Below are positions 48,998 to 53,922 of a stretch of 53,922 nucleotides of DNA, in pieces. Location: assembly GCA_008369845.1 (NCBI GenBank), contig MRSU01008064.1, forward strand, positions 1 through 53,922. Direction: 5' to 3'. The DNA is from Trichomonas gallinae (lineage: Eukaryota). The notes beneath the pieces were generated by a model. That model ran no database searches. It was not told the DNA's origin and was given only the letters and a program-made list of their open reading frames with translations. Numbering within the stretch: position 1 is the first letter of the stretch; each line of letters starts with the position of its first letter. The translations under genes and the position numbers were made by a program.

Positions 48998-49208
48998 ATT
49001 ATTGTTTGTATTATAAAATTTATTTTTCTTATATTAATTTTTAACTATAAAAATTATGTTTTTTCAATCATGCCAATCTCTTTGTAGTGTTTTGGAGCCA
49101 TTTTGATATAGATTTAATATTGCATTAACAAAAGATTAATGGAAATGTGATAATTTTATTATAAAATCAATATATGTGGATTTTAAGGATGTTTGTTTTG
49201 CAATTTTC

Positions 49209-49976
49209 ATGTTCATTTTTATGTTTGTTGCTTTTTTATGTATAGACAAGAAAGAAAAAGTTGGTCCTTGGGTTGGTTATGCGAACAGAAATCTTCCAGA
49301 TTTACAAGGATATCGTGATTATGATGAATGCGAGGGCATAAATACATTAATTGTTGATGGGAAATGTCAATGTATGCCAGGATTTCCATTTGGCGACCCA
49401 AATGGTAAGGGATGCTACAAATGTATCGACCAGTGCAATAAAAGCGCGAAATGCGTGTATCCTGGAAAATGCGAATGCGAAAAAGGGTTATTTGGCGATG
49501 GCGTCACTGAATGTTATATTCCAATTCCATTTATTATCGATACTCCACCTAGAGACCTTCAAACTACAGGAAATGAACAATATACAATCCGAATTAAGCC
49601 AATTCCGAAATTCTTTCCATTAAAAGCATACTGCAAATTCAATGATACAGTTGTAAAAGCAAATTCATCAGATTCACATGCAATACATTGCATTACACCT
49701 AAATTACAGAAAGGAACTTATTTCGTTTATGCATCATTCGATAATCAAGCATATTCTTCGAACTATGCCATAGTTGATGTTTACAGTGATGCAGGAATAT
49801 CTTTTAGTCCTCTTAATTTAATTATTTTTATTATTTTCATGGGAGGAATTTTGTTTGCATATAAATGCATAGGAACTGGTGGCAAGAAAACACAAGCAGA
49901 TGAAGCAGCCGTTCCTTTCCTTGGAAAACCAGGAAAAAGAAGAGCAATCAAAAGATCTGCACTAGATGCGGTATAA
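49209..49976 (+). CDS. Type I membrane protein with EGF-like and IPT/TIG domains (paralog of 42272-43429)
   Basis: ATG at 49209 (MFIFMFVAFLC); 'CQCMPGFPFGDPNGKGCYKC...AKCVYPGKCECEKGLFGDG..C'; 'YCKFN..IHCITP..YASFD'; TM segment. Confidence 0.88.
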   Translation: MFIFMFVAFLCIDKKEKVGPWVGYANRNLPDLQGYRDYDECEGINTLIVDGKCQCMPGFPFGDPNGKGCYKCIDQCNKSAKCVYPGKCECEKGLFGDGVTECYIPIPFIIDTPPRDLQTTGNEQYTIRIKPIPKFFPLKAYCKFNDTVVKANSSDSHAIHCITPKLQKGTYFVYASFDNQAYSSNYAIVDVYSDAGISFSPLNLIIFIIFMGGILFAYKCIGTGGKKTQADEAAVPFLGKPGKRRAIKRSALDAV

Positions 49977-50315
49977 TACACTTCTCCTATTCTTATATAT
50001 TGTTGTGTTTTAAATAGTTTTTGTAATTTTATTTCATTATTAAAATATCATTTATTTTATTAACAAAAATAAATCATTCGTAATCATTCATTTAGACTTT
50101 AAACATATCATAATCAATCTTTCCATTGCCAAATAATTAATTTTGTAAATAAAAATCACTCATAATCCTAAGATATTATTTAAATCTTGAAATTTCATAA
50201 TTAAGCAAAAGAAAATGAGTTATTTATTGGATAAAATAAATCATTTGAAAAGAATATATATTTACAAACATATAAAAAATAATATATCAATAAATAAAAA
50301 ACAAATAAAATATTA

Positions 50316-53300
50316 TCATGCGATACCAGTAGCACCTGGTGTTCCAAATGACTGTGCAGCAAGAAGGGAGAAAAGCGCACAAGTGAGTGAAATGGAAATA
50401 TTCAAGACGTCGAAAGATTTTGCTCCTTCTTTGTTTGCGAATTCTTCTTGAGCTTCTTTGATGATTGTTGTGACTTGGAAAACGCAGTCTCTAGTATGAG
50501 AGAACTTAGGATCACCTACAGTTGGCATCTTAGTGAAATCGTATGTATCCAAGGCTTCTTGAAGAGGTTTTGCGATTGTGTAAATTTTAGCGAAAGTTTC
50601 GAAACTCTCGGAAATCATTCTGACCATATCTGGAATGAAAACACGCGGATCATTGGACTTAGTGTTGATATACTTTCTTATTGGGATGACAGCTTTGTTT
50701 ATAACTTCTTTTGAAACGAAATTCTGAGAACCTGAGCTACAAACTTCATCAATTAAATCAGACAATTTCGACATCATTTCTTCAATGTTTTGACCTTCGA
50801 GTGACTGAACTTGGACTTCCAAGAACTCCCAGAGCCTCGCGCACTGTTTAACTATGACACCACGCAGCCTTTCTATCGTCTGACCTTGCTTGGCAATCTT
50901 CTCATTCTTCGCGCTCATGTCTCCTGACGCTTTTCCTGTTAAGTTCTTGTGCAGCTCCATAAGTTTGTTGATTTTTATCGTTTTGAGACTTTTGACGCCA
51001 AGTTTCACGTGGAAGACTTTTGCTAGATTCGTGACTGTTTCTTCTATATCTGCTCTTACAGCTCTTCTCTCCTTCATCAACTCTTCGTAAGGAATACTCA
51101 AAGGATTCGGTGCTTCGTCGATCGCGAACATCAGGGCTTGGAACTTTTCGTCAATACTCATTCCTTCAGTCTTGCAAGCGACGTGGTCCCTCATCCACGC
51201 TTCTATTCTCTTGAGAGTGTTATTGGCTAGATTCAGTTGAGTTCTTAACTCTTCTGTTGCTGCTTGTTGCTTGTCGAATTCTTTGTAGATTCCTGAAGGT
51301 CCGTCATCAGGAGAAATCTTTAAGCGCTCGTAGACGTCTTTCCACATTTCTTTGTGCCTCTCTTCTATGTTGATTTCCTGCTGCTTTAATTCTAGTTTGT
51401 GCTTCTTGTCCATGTCTGTGAATGCGTTCATTGTTAACGTGGCTAAATCCATGTTTTCATGGCCTTCCGGTTTGTTGTCTCCATATACGACTTGTATGAA
51501 TGAGTTAGTCGCTAGTTCCATCGCTGTGAGTTTGTCTGACTGTTCATCGCATTTTTGCGACAAATTGAAAATTGTTGAATTTTTGATGTCGAGTTCTTCG
51601 TTTCTCAATTCGACTTCGTTTTGAGCTTCTTCGCACTGCTGCACTAAATCTTCAATTGCCTGCGGCAAGGCTGTTAAATCAGTTACATCTTTCTCCATTT
51701 TAGAAAACGCTTCTCTCGCTTTGTCAACGATTTCGAGCTCTTCTAATTCCCTTTTTGCGCAAATCGGACATTTTCTGTCAACAACGAACAAAGACAATTT
51801 TTCTGCTTTTTCGCCTTCTTTCACGAACTCGCCATCAGAGTCAGTCATAATGCCACTCATCCTGTTTATTGCCTTCTCGATGGTTTGCTTCGCTTGGTCA
51901 TCTTTATACTGTTTGATTGCTTTTATTTCGTCGTCACGTTTTTTGATTTCTTCTTCCAATGCTGCGATTCTTGCTTCGTATTCTGCTGGTTTTACAGGAC
52001 TGTCGCCAGGAGTAGACGGACGCCTGCTTCTTGACGTAGAGCTGCCTCTGCTCCTCGCTGTCGTCTGTGTATTTTGTTCGTCGAAGTCTGTGTAAATTTG
52101 CTGGTTTTCGCCTATGGCTATGTCCAGTGTTGAAAATTTCACTTCTGGTGAATAAGAGTCTTCTTCTGGTTTATAAGATATCAAAAGTTGGCTTCTTATT
52201 TCTTCCAGCTTTTCAAATACATCTGTTGTGTCATCTATTTCCAGTTTAAAATCTTTTTTGATATCTGAAACGAATTTTTCAACCATATCGACGACACCAT
52301 TGTATTCTGTATTAGGCATAGTCACTCCTTCGCGAGAACTTCCGTTTGCTCTCGTCTTTCTGCTTGTCATTACTGGAGATCTGACTGGACTTGGTGGAAG
52401 TTCAACCAATTCCATTAATTGATCGACAAATTCTGTTATTTGTGTGACTTGATTATCAATCATATTCATATCTTTGTCGAAAGAGAATCCTGCGCGAATT
52501 GAAATAACGATTTCATTACTGGCTGTGATTATATCTTGTTTTAGCTGTTTCAAATCACTCTGTTGTATGCCACATCGCGAATAAATGTTGTAACAAGCTT
52601 CATTAAACAATGAATTAAATGTTCGAACGTCTTTTATTGGAGTTTCCATTAAACTCGGTTGATCATTGACGGCATCCCTTTGAGTGAGCGTTAAAGTAAC
52701 ACTTTTGCTCAAAGCGAGCATCGATTCCTGAAATTTTATCGTAGATTTTTCAATTTGTTCTTTATATGATGGATTTTTTGTATATGACGCAACATGTGTG
52801 AGTAATTGCTTGATTGTGTTGAATTTTAATGTAATAAAATCGTTTAAAGAGCTGACTCCATTTTCGCGAATCGAATTTGCTTTTAATACGACATCCTCCC
52901 ATTGCTTATGGAATGATAGTGCCGAAGATTTCAGTTGGGCATTCGAAACTACTCTGTTTGATGGACTTGCTTCTTCAATTGCTTTAATCGATTTATAATA
53001 AAAGACAGCGTCGTGATAAAGGTTACGATAAGAGTCTAGTAGGGTGTTAAAAGCCTCCAGTATGTTCGTTTCATTGAAAACACGTGCGTGGTTATATAAC
53101 GTAATTTCTTTAAAATTCTTGTAGAGCTTTTCTAGAAGCTTTCTGATACGAATCATGTTATCCTTTGATGCCATTGTGATGTCTGAGGTACTTATTGATT
53201 GCAAATCTTTGATTTTTAGCGGTTTTGTTATCCTCGGGGAAATTGTTGTTGAATTCATTGGCTTACTCGATATAGGCATTGTAGATCCGAGCTTGGACTC

Positions 53301-53375
53301 CCTAAATCCAGCATTATTGGGTATGTTTGGCGCTAGCAAAGTCTTCCCCGAGAGGGAAAGTGTTCTTCCCCTCAT
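50316..53375 (-). CDS. Large coiled-coil hypothetical protein (~1019 aa)
   Basis: Long ORF with first ATG at 53375 (the track start is TTG). Helical N-terminal region, Ser/Arg-rich linker, extended E/K heptads. Confidence 0.85.
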   Translation of the reverse strand: MRGRTLSLSGKTLLAPNIPNNAGFRESKLGSTMPISSKPMNSTTISPRITKPLKIKDLQSISTSDITMASKDNMIRIRKLLEKLYKNFKEITLYNHARVFNETNILEAFNTLLDSYRNLYHDAVFYYKSIKAIEEASPSNRVVSNAQLKSSALSFHKQWEDVVLKANSIRENGVSSLNDFITLKFNTIKQLLTHVASYTKNPSYKEQIEKSTIKFQESMLALSKSVTLTLTQRDAVNDQPSLMETPIKDVRTFNSLFNEACYNIYSRCGIQQSDLKQLKQDIITASNEIVISIRAGFSFDKDMNMIDNQVTQITEFVDQLMELVELPPSPVRSPVMTSRKTRANGSSREGVTMPNTEYNGVVDMVEKFVSDIKKDFKLEIDDTTDVFEKLEEIRSQLLISYKPEEDSYSPEVKFSTLDIAIGENQQIYTDFDEQNTQTTARSRGSSTSRSRRPSTPGDSPVKPAEYEARIAALEEEIKKRDDEIKAIKQYKDDQAKQTIEKAINRMSGIMTDSDGEFVKEGEKAEKLSLFVVDRKCPICAKRELEELEIVDKAREAFSKMEKDVTDLTALPQAIEDLVQQCEEAQNEVELRNEELDIKNSTIFNLSQKCDEQSDKLTAMELATNSFIQVVYGDNKPEGHENMDLATLTMNAFTDMDKKHKLELKQQEINIEERHKEMWKDVYERLKISPDDGPSGIYKEFDKQQAATEELRTQLNLANNTLKRIEAWMRDHVACKTEGMSIDEKFQALMFAIDEAPNPLSIPYEELMKERRAVRADIEETVTNLAKVFHVKLGVKSLKTIKINKLMELHKNLTGKASGDMSAKNEKIAKQGQTIERLRGVIVKQCARLWEFLEVQVQSLEGQNIEEMMSKLSDLIDEVCSSGSQNFVSKEVINKAVIPIRKYINTKSNDPRVFIPDMVRMISESFETFAKIYTIAKPLQEALDTYDFTKMPTVGDPKFSHTRDCVFQVTTIIKEAQEEFANKEGAKSFDVLNISISLTCALFSLLAAQSFGTPGATGIA

Positions 53376-53922
53376 TTTTTTTTGATTTTTTTGTTTTCTA
53401 TATGTTAATATGACCAAATGAACTTAAAATGAGAAAAAATTTAATAAAATTTGAGCAACTGTCACTTTTTATGATTACACAAAACTCGTAATCTCTTAAC
53501 TACAGCTCCAGTGAATTGTATAAAGCTTATATCAATCAGAAAAATCATGTTAAACGCTTGAAAAAATTTTTGACATCAGATAGAGGTATATCGGCGACCC
53601 ATAGTGAGAACTAGGGATCAAACTTAAATCATACATTTTTACAGCTATATAATATCATATGTAATGTTGAACATAGAAGTTGTCGTTATAAATAACTAAA
53701 TTTGAAATTTTATTATCTATTTTACTTAAATTTGATGAGTATAATCTTTAATGAGGCAGTATCTATACCTCGGCGCTTAGAGCTCATTCGACGCTGTAAA
53801 CTTCAGAATAAAAACGTTTTTATAGAATTATATGTAAATTTAGTTTACATGTCATAATTTTATCATTAAATAAATAAATCATATTAAATTTAATATTTAT
53901 TCTCTGTAATATATGAAAGCTG

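Noticed and set aside
53580..53810. GAGGTATA/TATACCTC inverted pair and GC-richer patches suggesting a small TE remnant
   Set aside because: An 8-bp match with no defined termini or target duplication; cannot be supported without a genome search.

Overview
AT-rich, gene-dense, apparently intronless eukaryotic DNA with Trichomonas/parabasalid hallmarks: Inr-type GTCACTTT/TCATTTT and AAAGTGAC motifs close to start codons, TAAA signals fused to stop codons, and DUF3447-type ankyrin genes. The species cannot be determined from sequence alone. About 17 intact genes are present: ATG8; a 3812-aa RasGAP-like protein with AHNAK-like repeats whose catalytic arginines are replaced by lysine; TOR kinase; an HPS3-like protein; a HOOK-like protein; an ankyrin protein; an Old Yellow Enzyme; an SGF29-like Tudor protein; two EGF+IPT membrane paralogs; a Man1/Src1-like protein; a PDI-like protein; a MIF4G protein; and several hypothetical or coiled-coil proteins. 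There is also one ankyrin pseudogene. Two decayed mosaic islands (~17.0-20.35 kb and ~32.7-35.0 kb) hold fragments resembling MULE, Kolobok, P and hAT transposases. Both islands carry a copy of one unidentified gene family, fused to a Tudor-knot domain in the first copy, and both carry a similar palindromic block. The second island ends in a Helitron-like hairpin followed by CTCG-T. A TTTACRTGWCA motif recurs in many intergenic regions. All family calls come from motif recognition by eye, not from database searches.
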